NCBI GenBank assembly: GCA_964431435.1
Contig: CAYSJV010000003.1
Location: 1-46,803 of the forward strand
Length of the DNA: 46,803 bases
Source: an uncultured Candidatus Poseidoniales archaeon
Lineage (GTDB): Archaea > Thermoplasmatota > Poseidoniia > Poseidoniales > Poseidoniaceae
Direction: 5' to 3'
The position numbers and the translations under genes were made by a program. Positions 8,471 through 17,336 of this stretch are shown here, in pieces (within the stretch, counting starts at the first letter, position 1; the number at the start of each line of letters is the position of its first letter). Below the pieces are notes generated by a model. It was not told where the DNA came from. It searched no databases and saw only the letters and a list, made by a program, of their open reading frames with translations.

Positions 8471-10246
8471 ATGAGTGGCATAGAAAATAAGAATGAGCAA
8501 ATTAAAGGGTATTACTTCTATGATTGGGGGAAATCAGCTTTTGAAACAAGTGTTACTGTGGCAATATTACCCGTTTGGTTTAGTACTCTATTTCTTGCTG
8601 CAAATGGAATATATATTGATTTTGGAGAGATGAGTTTAACATCCGATACAATTTGGTCATTTGCTGTATTTAGTTCAGCACTAATTGTGGCTTTAACCAG
8701 TCCAATAATGGGTGCCATTGCGGATAGAACCAGAATCAAAATGATGATGATGAAGATTTTCACATATGTTGGTGCTGGTGCAACTCTATTGATGGGAGGT
8801 GCACTAATATTTGGACTAGGTTTGAAATGGATATGGCTGCTTGCAATGTTCATATTAGCCAATGTGGGATTAAATGGAGCAGGGGTATTTTACAACGCAA
8901 TCTTACCTCATTTAGGTGATGAAGATGAAATGGATGAGATTTCCAATACTGCCTATGCGTATGGTTATCTCGGAGGAGGTATTCTATTAGTAATTCATCT
9001 CGCATTATTATTGGCAACAAGTTATGCTGATTGGGCGATAGCATTCTCACTCTCAACGTCTGGAATATGGTGGTATGGCTTTGCTCTAATAACATTCAAA
9101 CATCTCAAAGAGCCTGAAATTAAAAACCCTGCAGATAATTTGACATTTGGTTCTGCACTGACGCTTGCTGGAAATGAATTAGGTTCAACAATCAAAGAGA
9201 TAAGATCTAGATTCAAAGTACTCTTCTTGTACATGTTAGCTTATTTCTTTTTCATTGATGGGATTAACAGTGTCACATCATTGGCTGGAGTATTTGGGCC
9301 ATCAGTATTAGGAATTGGGTTAATTGCAAATATGATTGTGATTATCATGGTACAATTTGTTGCCGCACCTGCTGCAATAGGTTTTACAAAATTATCAGAA
9401 AAGACTGGTACAAAAAAAGCATTGACAATTGCTTGTGTTGGTTGGTGTGTGGTGATAGTAGGGGCTCTTGGATTTGCACCACTTGAACTCGAAAATCATG
9501 ATGAATATGATATTCAATACACATGGGTAGATGCTGGAAATCAAAGTGGATACTATACTGCAGCTATCAATGGAGATACGATAAATGTTGCAATTACTGG
9601 TAATGAACAAGATTGGGTAAAAGAATGGGAAGAGGTTCTTCCAACAAAAGTAAGTACAGAGGATACGAGTATACTCAAATTTGATTATGATAATCCAAAT
9701 GAAGGTAAATATAACAACTTATCAAAATTACAACTTCTTATTAAGAGTCTAGATAATACAAGATTTAGCGTAAGTGTATCTGATGGTCCACTTGATGGAA
9801 AGACGAATGTAGGAATTAAACATCCTACAAATCTAGGTGATGAAACTTTAGATACAATACCCACTCTCACAAGAGAATATATTTGGTCAAACCTCGGAAT
9901 TGGTGTATTCTATCAATGGATGATACTTGGATTGCTAGCAGGTTGTTTACTTGGAGGAAGTCAGGGTCTTTCACGAAGTTTGTTTGGTCAAATGGTTCCA
10001 GAAACAAAGAGTGCTGAATTCTTTGGTTTCTTTGGATTCTTTGGCAAGGTAGCAGCATTGCTTGGACCATTGTTATATGGTGTTGTAGGGACCATGTTTG
10101 GAAGTAGTCGTGCTGGACTAGCTAGTATAGGATTATTGATTGTAATTGGAACATTCTTACTAACATTCGTTGATGTAGAGGAAGGTATTCGAGTTGCAAA
10201 TGAAGTTGATGCTGAGTATAATTTAGCATTATCTGAAGAAGAATAG
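8471..10246 (+). CDS. MFS transporter, UMF1/Atg22-like family, with ~130-aa hydrophilic insertion
   Basis: N-terminal YFYDWGKSAFETSV is typical of the UMF1 family. There are about 12 hydrophobic helices and a hydrophilic insert at aa 338-470. Confidence 0.75.
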   Translation: MSGIENKNEQIKGYYFYDWGKSAFETSVTVAILPVWFSTLFLAANGIYIDFGEMSLTSDTIWSFAVFSSALIVALTSPIMGAIADRTRIKMMMMKIFTYVGAGATLLMGGALIFGLGLKWIWLLAMFILANVGLNGAGVFYNAILPHLGDEDEMDEISNTAYAYGYLGGGILLVIHLALLLATSYADWAIAFSLSTSGIWWYGFALITFKHLKEPEIKNPADNLTFGSALTLAGNELGSTIKEIRSRFKVLFLYMLAYFFFIDGINSVTSLAGVFGPSVLGIGLIANMIVIIMVQFVAAPAAIGFTKLSEKTGTKKALTIACVGWCVVIVGALGFAPLELENHDEYDIQYTWVDAGNQSGYYTAAINGDTINVAITGNEQDWVKEWEEVLPTKVSTEDTSILKFDYDNPNEGKYNNLSKLQLLIKSLDNTRFSVSVSDGPLDGKTNVGIKHPTNLGDETLDTIPTLTREYIWSNLGIGVFYQWMILGLLAGCLLGGSQGLSRSLFGQMVPETKSAEFFGFFGFFGKVAALLGPLLYGVVGTMFGSSRAGLASIGLLIVIGTFLLTFVDVEEGIRVANEVDAEYNLALSEEE

Positions 10247-11056
10247 TTATACGACTCTATCGAGTAACAATGACAATTCAAAGAGTACAATCATTGGTGC
10301 TGAAACTAATCCGAGTGAAAGTGGATCTGGTGGAGATAATAACGCACCCAAAACTACAGCAGAAAACCAGATATGTCGGCGATAACTGACAATTATATCT
10401 CTTTCAACTACACCATTCCGCAACATCAATGTAACTATTAGAGGGACTTGAAATCCTAATCCGCTAGCAACCATCAAGTTTGATATGAATCCTACAAACG
10501 CTGACAATCTCCATTGTGATTCTAAACCAGATGATGCTGCGTCAGAGGCAAGATAATCTAACAATAAAGGAACTAACAAACCAAATGAATAGTAGAATCC
10601 ACAGATAAGTAATATGATAGATGAAATTAATGTTAAAAACATCGTAAGTCCTGGTTTAGGTATACTTAGTTCAGCTTCCTCCATCCTAGAGATTACTGCT
10701 TCAGAGGATGAAAGATGGTAACTAGCATCAACAATAAACACAATTGCGGCTAGTGTCATCCCCACATATGTTGCAATTCTAACCTTAAGCATAATTAATT
10801 CCACTGGGCTAAGTACGATGATTTCTGTTGATGCGTTAGAAGGAACTAAATTTGCATCTGTGACTAACCAAGAAATAATTTCACCTGAAAAGGGATAACC
10901 TATGAAAATTCCAATAAACATTACGAGTAGGAGAATTCTTATTCTTGAACGTAGATGTAATCTCAATTGATCTACAATTAATCCACCGGGGGAATTCATA
11001 AATTCTTCAGTTGCACGTTCTAATTCAGATTTATCTGAAATATTTGCAGAGTTCAT
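10247..11056 (-). CDS. tatC: Sec-independent protein translocase TatC
   Basis: Six-TM profile and the LLSPPDPLSL motif characteristic of TatC. The ATG at 11056 lies one codon inside the TTG listed in the ORF track. Confidence 0.85.
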   Translation of the reverse strand: MNSANISDKSELERATEEFMNSPGGLIVDQLRLHLRSRIRILLLVMFIGIFIGYPFSGEIISWLVTDANLVPSNASTEIIVLSPVELIMLKVRIATYVGMTLAAIVFIVDASYHLSSSEAVISRMEEAELSIPKPGLTMFLTLISSIILLICGFYYSFGLLVPLLLDYLASDAASSGLESQWRLSAFVGFISNLMVASGLGFQVPLIVTLMLRNGVVERDIIVSYRRHIWFSAVVLGALLSPPDPLSLGLVSAPMIVLFELSLLLDRVV

Positions 11057-11077
11057 CAAATCACCATAAACCCAATT

Positions 11078-11617
11078 TCAGTCATCATCTAATGGAGGTA
11101 AATCGATCATGGAAGGCAATTCAATCATAGGAGGAATTACTAATTCTTCGACTATTTTTTCAGATTTTGATTGACTAATCTCTGACACTGGTTCAACAGT
11201 TGTTGGTATCAATTTTGAAATTGCTTCATTAGTACTTGATATGATATTTGGAGTACCCAATACATCATCAATAATTGCGGAAGTGCGACGACTTTGTTCA
11301 TCACTTGTTTGTGTGAGTTGTACAACACTAATTGGAATTTCGTCTAGCATCTCTATTTGCTTTTCAACGTTACTTATCTTTGGCCCTAAAACCTCTGCAC
11401 GCCTTCGATTTAAGATAAAATATGAAACAAGTAATAATAATGAAAACAGTAATACTCCTGTGGCAGGATGGCCTCTTAATACCTGAGTTGGACTTGGATT
11501 AAAGAATCTAACAATAATCCATAATACAATTCCGAAGATACTCGTTATTACACAAATCAAAGCCAAAAGTGGATGCATTCGTTCATCTTTTAAATTGTAA
11601 ACAGGCACTGAATCCAT
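11078..11617 (-). CDS. Hypothetical 2-TM membrane protein with Pro/acidic C-terminal tail
   Basis: Two hydrophobic helices, then NRRRAE and a Ser/Thr/Glu-rich tail ending ...EELVIPPMIELPSMIDLPPLDDD. It sits immediately downstream of folD. Start is ATG 11617 or GTG 11626. Confidence 0.55.
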   Translation of the reverse strand: MDSVPVYNLKDERMHPLLALICVITSIFGIVLWIIVRFFNPSPTQVLRGHPATGVLLFSLLLLVSYFILNRRRAEVLGPKISNVEKQIEMLDEIPISVVQLTQTSDEQSRRTSAIIDDVLGTPNIISSTNEAISKLIPTTVEPVSEISQSKSEKIVEELVIPPMIELPSMIDLPPLDDD

Positions 11618-11629
11618 CTTTCGCACACC

Positions 11630-12502
11630 TCATCCTACTTGTTGCTCAGTTGCTGAAATAGTGTTCTGCATTAAAATAGCAATGGTCATAGGTCCCACTC
11701 CCCCCGGAACTAGGGAAATTGCTGAAGCAATATCCAATACACTGGGGTGAAAGTCACCTCTAAGCGAATACCCTTTCTCAGAATCGTCATCGACTCTACT
11801 AATACCTACGTCTACACACACTGCGCCCTCTTTTAGCCAATCAGAGGTTATTAGATGTGGTGAACCCATTGCTGCTATCACAATATCCGCATTTTTACAA
11901 TGATTCTCAATATCTTTAGTTTTGCTATGTGTAATTGTAACTGTTGAGTCTACTCCTCTTTTAGCCATCATTAATGACATGGGCATTCCAACAATTCTAC
12001 TGCGTCCAAGTACAACCACTCTTTTCCCTTTGGTTTCAACATCATTATAATTTAGTAATTCCATAACACCAGAAGGAGTACATGGTAACATTCCTGAGTC
12101 AAGTCCTTGAACTAATTTACCAAGATTAAATGGATGAAAACCATCTACATCTTTAGATGGTGAAATTAATTCTGTAATTTCAATCTCATTCAAATGTGAT
12201 GGAAGTGGTGATTGTACCAATATACCATTAACGGACTTATCATTATTCAGTTCTGATACACGTTTCACAAGAGTTGCCATATCAATATCATCAGGTAAAT
12301 CAATTCTAGTCGATTTAACTCCTAATCGCTCACATGCCCTTTGTTTAGCCGACACATATACATGGCTTGCAGGATCATTTCCAACAATAATTACAACAAG
12401 ATGAGGAGTTACTCCTCGTTCATTTAAAGACATGATTCTTGGAAGCAATTGATCTTCAATGCTTTTGGCACAGGAACGTCCATCAAGAGTATAGGCTGGC
12501 AT
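11630..12502 (-). CDS. folD: Bifunctional methylenetetrahydrofolate dehydrogenase / methenyl-THF cyclohydrolase
   Basis: ...LDGRSCAKSIEDQL..., VVIIVGNDPASHVYV, GILVQSPLP, VVVLGRSRIVGMPM and PGGVGPMTIA are all classic FolD motifs. The start is taken at MPAYTLDG (12502). Confidence 0.92.
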   Translation of the reverse strand: MPAYTLDGRSCAKSIEDQLLPRIMSLNERGVTPHLVVIIVGNDPASHVYVSAKQRACERLGVKSTRIDLPDDIDMATLVKRVSELNNDKSVNGILVQSPLPSHLNEIEITELISPSKDVDGFHPFNLGKLVQGLDSGMLPCTPSGVMELLNYNDVETKGKRVVVLGRSRIVGMPMSLMMAKRGVDSTVTITHSKTKDIENHCKNADIVIAAMGSPHLITSDWLKEGAVCVDVGISRVDDDSEKGYSLRGDFHPSVLDIASAISLVPGGVGPMTIAILMQNTISATEQQVG

Positions 12503-12586
12503 ACTGACAACAACTCCTAGATGCATCCACTCTTTGAGAATTACCTTTTATGAAATAATTTGTTTCAAGCGAAAAGAACATGACTA

Positions 12587-13705
12587 ATGTATGCAGGCGC
12601 TATCACAATGGACACTATTATCACAATGCTAGAAGGCTGGGGAAATACATCATTTGGATTTAATCATGGAACTATTGTTGCTATTACTATCACCTTATTG
12701 CTAGCTATTTTCACGACATTCATTACAAAAAATATGATTCCTCGGTTATTTTCTGGGGTTTGTGAAAAAAGCGAATTAGCCAAAGAGGCACTTATAAGAT
12801 CTTCATTAGCATTAGGAATTGCATTTGGAGCTGCGCTTGCTTGGTACATGAGCATTGAAATAATAGCATCAGGAAATTCTAAAATGCCAGATTATGCTGA
12901 ATTTTGGCTTCCAGCATTGGCAAAGTTATCAATTGTAATTGCTGGAATTGTATGGGCAATGAGATTAACTGGGATAATTCATGCTGTGGTAGATTGGTGG
13001 GATGACGATGATGTCCTAGACGGTACTGAAAAAACACTAATCACAGCTTTAGAAAGCGTGATGAGGTTTATCATTGTAATTTTTGGATCAATATTTATTG
13101 CAAGTTCACTGGACTTTGATTTGACTACACTAATCGCTGGATTGGGTATTACGGGATTAGCACTAGCTCTTGCTGCAAAAGATACAATCTCTAACATTTT
13201 TGGTGCTATTAGTGTATTATTAGATAGACCATTCAAAGTTGGAGATTGGGTAATAGTTACTGGAAATGAGGGGGAAGTAATTGAAATCGGATTGAGGACC
13301 ACATTGATAAGAACATCATTAGATACTGTAATTACAGTTCCAAATGCTTCACTTGTCAATAAATCAATTGAAAATTATGGCAAACGTAGATGGAGACGTT
13401 ACCAACCAACACTATACATTGATCTAGATAGTGAACCCGAAGCAATTGAAGCATTTTGTGAAGGAATTGAAAAGTTGATCGGGGAATGTGAAAAGGCCAC
13501 AAAAAAGGAAAGTTCTTGGGCCAGTGTTTCCACGATATCGAAAGATTCGATAGAAATAGGATGCAATTTGTATTGGGATGTATCGGGGAGTTTAGAAGAA
13601 CGTAAGGTAAGACAAGAATGGTTAATTGGTGTTACAAGAGTAGCTAAAAGTACTGGAATTAAATTCTTTGAACCAAGAGTGCGTAACCAAATCCACAAAG
13701 ATTGA
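12587..13705 (+). CDS. Small-conductance mechanosensitive channel (MscS family)
   Basis: TM helices followed by NIFGAISVLLDRPFKVGDWVIV...GEVIEIGLRTTLIRT, the MscS beta-domain signature. Confidence 0.85.
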   Translation: MYAGAITMDTIITMLEGWGNTSFGFNHGTIVAITITLLLAIFTTFITKNMIPRLFSGVCEKSELAKEALIRSSLALGIAFGAALAWYMSIEIIASGNSKMPDYAEFWLPALAKLSIVIAGIVWAMRLTGIIHAVVDWWDDDDVLDGTEKTLITALESVMRFIIVIFGSIFIASSLDFDLTTLIAGLGITGLALALAAKDTISNIFGAISVLLDRPFKVGDWVIVTGNEGEVIEIGLRTTLIRTSLDTVITVPNASLVNKSIENYGKRRWRRYQPTLYIDLDSEPEAIEAFCEGIEKLIGECEKATKKESSWASVSTISKDSIEIGCNLYWDVSGSLEERKVRQEWLIGVTRVAKSTGIKFFEPRVRNQIHKD

Positions 13706-13820
13706 TTTTTCTATAATTACTACTAATTATTGGACAAAATAATTGCTGATAATGTTGAAAGGAATCCATTATCAAATAATTTCAAGTATCTTGAAAACGA
13801 TGTACTGAGAGTAAGGTAAG

Positions 13821-13897
13821 TGGAGCCAATGGAGAGATTCGAACTCTCGGCCTGCTGATTACAAATCAGCCGCTCTACCAGGCTAAGCTACATTGGC
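13821..13897 (-). tRNA. tRNA-Thr (anticodon UGU), CCA encoded
   Basis: The reverse complement folds as GCCAATG-TA-GCTT...GAGC-G-GCTGA-TTTGTAA-TCAGC-AGGCC-GAGAG-TTCGAAT-CTCTC-CATTGGC-T-CCA. Acceptor, anticodon and T stems are Watson-Crick paired; the D stem has one G:U pair. The anticodon is TGT. Confidence 0.9.
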
Positions 13898-13969
13898 GAT
13901 AGACCGGCCGAAACATAACTGAAATTTTAACCCAATGGTCTTTTGAAATATAACGAGTATGGAGATTAC

Positions 13970-15301
13970 ATGCGGCTCCAATCAGGGGTAAGCCAAAAAT
14001 TGTTTGGCGACCCAAATGAGTTAGAAAAAATGCTAATGAATTCATTAGCGCTAACCAAGAGTGGTGATGATTCTATATTCGCATGGCACCATGCATGTGA
14101 AACTGCTAGAAAAGAAGGTAAAGATGTAATCAATGCCACATTAGGAAGCATGTTAGATGACGATGGAATACTATCTGTAAACAAAGTAGTTAAAGAGATT
14201 TTAAAAGAACAAGATGGACATGATTATAGCGCATATGCACCACTAAAAGGTATTGATGAATTTCGAAATATTGCAATTGAACAAGTACTTGGTCCGTCAA
14301 TGCTAAATTTATCACTTGAAGGCATGCACATATGTTCAGTTGCCACACCAGGGGGTTGTGGAGCTCTTTATGCAAGTGCTAACATATTTGCCACACCCAA
14401 TAGTAAAGTGTTATTGAGAGATCAACATTGGATGCCATATGAAACTATACTAACTGAAAATAATTTAAAATGGAAAAATTGGAATTCATACGGTACATAT
14501 GGTAAAAATGGTGAAGGATTGATGATTGACTCATTTAATTTTGAATTGAAAATATTATCTAAAGAACAAGAACGTACATTGATTTGGTTGAATGATCCCG
14601 CCCATAATCCAACTGGAAGAACATTCACCCCAAAAGCCAGAATGGATTTATTAGAATCAATAGTAAATAACGCATCTGAAAACCCAAATAAAGGATACAC
14701 ATTTCTAGTAGATTCTGCCTATTCATCTTACTCTAACGAAAGATATGGTTGGTCCGAAACAATTTCTACTTGGATTAAGAAAAATAAAATTGATTATTGG
14801 CCGGATAATTTACTAATTTGCTTTGCCTATTCAGCATCAAAATCCCACACAATATATGGACTAAGGTTAGGTGCATTAGTAGTCATACATCCAAACAAAA
14901 TTCTAATGGAAAGAATGGAAGAAGTATTGCTACACACTGGAAGAGGAACATGGTCTGCAGCACCAAGGTTACCTCAAATAGCCTTAACAAAAATACATAC
15001 CAACTCAAGCATTGAAAAGAAGTGGGATATAGAAAGAATCAGAATGAAAAGTTTGCTTGATGACAGAAGAGAGACCTTTGTGAAGATGGCTGAAGAATCT
15101 AATCTCCCAATTTACCAAACTGATGAGGGATACTTTGCATTTGTTCAATGTGACAAACCCCAGGTCATAGCAGAAAAATGTGCTGAAATGGGTGTTTTTG
15201 TGGTACCATTATCTGGTGGTATAAGAATAGGAATTTGTGCTGTTCCCGAGAGCAAAATGCATAAAATCGTAGATGTTCTTTCACAAGTAATTGTGAGGTG
15301 A
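13970..15301 (+). CDS. Class I/II aminotransferase (aspartate/aromatic aminotransferase-like)
   Basis: ...INATLGSMLDDDG..., YAPLKGIDEFR, and the NDPAHNPTG and YSASKSHTIYGLRLG motifs (PLP-Lys) fit the AspC/TyrB-like fold type I. The ATG at 13970 is preceded by GGAG. The ORF track starts at TTG 13943. Confidence 0.8.
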   Translation: MRLQSGVSQKLFGDPNELEKMLMNSLALTKSGDDSIFAWHHACETARKEGKDVINATLGSMLDDDGILSVNKVVKEILKEQDGHDYSAYAPLKGIDEFRNIAIEQVLGPSMLNLSLEGMHICSVATPGGCGALYASANIFATPNSKVLLRDQHWMPYETILTENNLKWKNWNSYGTYGKNGEGLMIDSFNFELKILSKEQERTLIWLNDPAHNPTGRTFTPKARMDLLESIVNNASENPNKGYTFLVDSAYSSYSNERYGWSETISTWIKKNKIDYWPDNLLICFAYSASKSHTIYGLRLGALVVIHPNKILMERMEEVLLHTGRGTWSAAPRLPQIALTKIHTNSSIEKKWDIERIRMKSLLDDRRETFVKMAEESNLPIYQTDEGYFAFVQCDKPQVIAEKCAEMGVFVVPLSGGIRIGICAVPESKMHKIVDVLSQVIVR

Positions 15302-15326
15302 TATTATCCAACACCTACGCACGAAT

Positions 15327-15704
15327 TTGTTTATTGCCTCACTAGTTTGTTTGGTTGCAGGTGCTGCTATAATCACAAGTTCAAAATCAGGTGAGGTATT
15401 TCCTATTGCAGTTGGTGGGCCTATTTCTCTTTCAGGAATTATTATGTTTGTATTGGCAATGATTGCAAAACCTGAAGAAAAAATACTTTCTGAAAGTGAA
15501 ATTAGAGAATGGAAGCCAACTGTCGACAAATTACCTGAAGCTGGTAAAGTAATGTATAGAGTCGATGTGACATTAGATGACCCAATTACCACATCTGTAC
15601 TGTGCGGTGCATGCGGCAAATTAAGTACAATGGAAGGACACAGGCCTCCAGAGTTTATATGTGAGCATTGTGAAACTTTATTGTGGCTAGATGAAGAAGA
15701 GTAA
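15327..15704 (+). CDS. Small 2-TM membrane protein with C-terminal Zn-ribbon
   Basis: Two hydrophobic helices, then a soluble tail with CGACGK-x13-CEHC (nt 15603-15671), ending ...LWLDEEE. The start is TTG, with no in-frame ATG near the 5' end. Confidence 0.5.
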   Translation: MFIASLVCLVAGAAIITSSKSGEVFPIAVGGPISLSGIIMFVLAMIAKPEEKILSESEIREWKPTVDKLPEAGKVMYRVDVTLDDPITTSVLCGACGKLSTMEGHRPPEFICEHCETLLWLDEEE

Positions 15705-17159
15705 CTATATCAGAAACTCTCCACTTAATTTACCAAGCATTTCATCCAATTCCATTCGATCTGATTTACTAATCTTCCCAATAGAAAGTATGCGCTTTAG
15801 ATTGTGCATTTCATCATCAGACAAACCGGATAATTTAGCATTCACTGCAATATGTGGCCACTCATCTTCAGACAATTTATTATCCATCATTGCTACATTA
15901 ATCGCGGCTTTTGTGGCAATTTTTGCAGCTTCCTCGTCAGTGAGTTCTAATTCAGCATTAAGAAGTTTCAAATTTTCTAATTCGTCTTCATCAATCTCCC
16001 AATTACTGTATGCTCTTTCATAAAGAACCAACAAAGAAGGTGCCCTCTCCGACATCAAAATCGCAATTGGTTTGGTTGTTTCTACATTTTCAAATATTAT
16101 TCTAATAATAACTGTTAATGGGACTGCAATTATCATGCCAACAATGCCCCATAACCAAAACCAAAATGCAACTACAATTAGCAAAAGTACTGGTGAGATA
16201 TCTAAATGCTCTCCAGTCCATTTTGTTTCAATAATGTTCCCCCATAGTTGTTGATTGCTAATTAACAAAATCCCCAATGTCAAAGCCCACATAGGATTTA
16301 ATGATAATACCCCCAATAACAAAGGAGGTATTGTCGCAATCAGTGAACCAATATATGGTACATAATTTAAGAAAAATGTCAACACAGCCCAAACAAACCA
16401 TAATTCAATGCCAAACAAAATCAAAATAACCGCAGTACAAATTGCAGTGCCAACTCCTAGAGCAGTTTTCACAACAATATACTTGTTGATGCTTTTCTCA
16501 ATTTGTATAGCAACTTCTTTTATTTTTTTCTTAGAAGGACCAGGCCAAGCCTTTGCTATCCTACCAGGTAACAAGGTTGCCTCTGCGATGATGAAAACTA
16601 AAAAGAACAACACAGTTAATGAATTTGCTAATACCGCTGCAGTGCTAGCCAACAAACTTGACACAAGACCTTCGATGTCATACTCTCTAACTGCTTTATT
16701 TATTTCATCAATCGAAATACTTTGGCCAAAAATAGTCGTGTTTTCAAGTGAAGTAATTATCTCATCAATTCTAGTTTCATATACACTTGTATTACCTGCT
16801 AGGGACGAAACCTGTTCATATATCAGCCAACCAGTTAATACTGCCACACCAATAAACAATACAGTAGTCATCAAATAAGCAAAAGCAAGATTGAATTTGA
16901 TTAATCGATTCTTACCTGAATCTTTATCATACCATGTTAATGGCAAAAAAGAAAGTGAGTTGTGAATAGGTGCGCCCCTACGAAACATTTCAGCTACAGG
17001 GCGCATCAAGAAAAATATCATCAGGGCAATTACAAAAGGTTGGAGTACACTTGCCAAATATTTTAGTGCAAGAATAATTAGTGTGCCTAATATTGCAAAA
17101 TTTGTAAATATTTGTAACCTCTCACGAAAATTCTTAGAGATTCTATTATCTGACTCCAT
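15705..17159 (-). CDS. AI-2E family transporter (PerM/UPF0118) with C-terminal soluble extension (TerB-like?)
   Basis: LNYVPYIGSLIATIPPLLLG and the multi-TM profile are typical of AI-2E/PerM. The ~100-aa acidic helical C-terminal extension is unusual. The start is taken at MESDNRI (17159). Confidence 0.8.
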   Translation of the reverse strand: MESDNRISKNFRERLQIFTNFAILGTLIILALKYLASVLQPFVIALMIFFLMRPVAEMFRRGAPIHNSLSFLPLTWYDKDSGKNRLIKFNLAFAYLMTTVLFIGVAVLTGWLIYEQVSSLAGNTSVYETRIDEIITSLENTTIFGQSISIDEINKAVREYDIEGLVSSLLASTAAVLANSLTVLFFLVFIIAEATLLPGRIAKAWPGPSKKKIKEVAIQIEKSINKYIVVKTALGVGTAICTAVILILFGIELWFVWAVLTFFLNYVPYIGSLIATIPPLLLGVLSLNPMWALTLGILLISNQQLWGNIIETKWTGEHLDISPVLLLIVVAFWFWLWGIVGMIIAVPLTVIIRIIFENVETTKPIAILMSERAPSLLVLYERAYSNWEIDEDELENLKLLNAELELTDEEAAKIATKAAINVAMMDNKLSEDEWPHIAVNAKLSGLSDDEMHNLKRILSIGKISKSDRMELDEMLGKLSGEFLI

Positions 17160-17336
17160 CAACAACCCTACCCTGCTCGAGTTGATAGAGGTTGACCTGA
17201 AAAAGATATGTAATCTAAACGTTATCATCTAGGTCTCCCATCCAATTACCTCAGTTCAATTCCCTAATTGTGCACGTTATTCTGGATAAAAGTCAAGGGT
17301 GGCACTGTACTGGAGTGTACCGTGACAACGAGAGAA

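Noticed and set aside
13781-13795. A small hairpin TTCAAG-TAT-CTTGAA lies between the MscS gene and tRNA-Thr and could be a bidirectional terminator.
   Set aside because: The 6-bp stem has no adjacent T-tract on either strand, and archaeal termination mostly relies on oligo-T. The support is insufficient.
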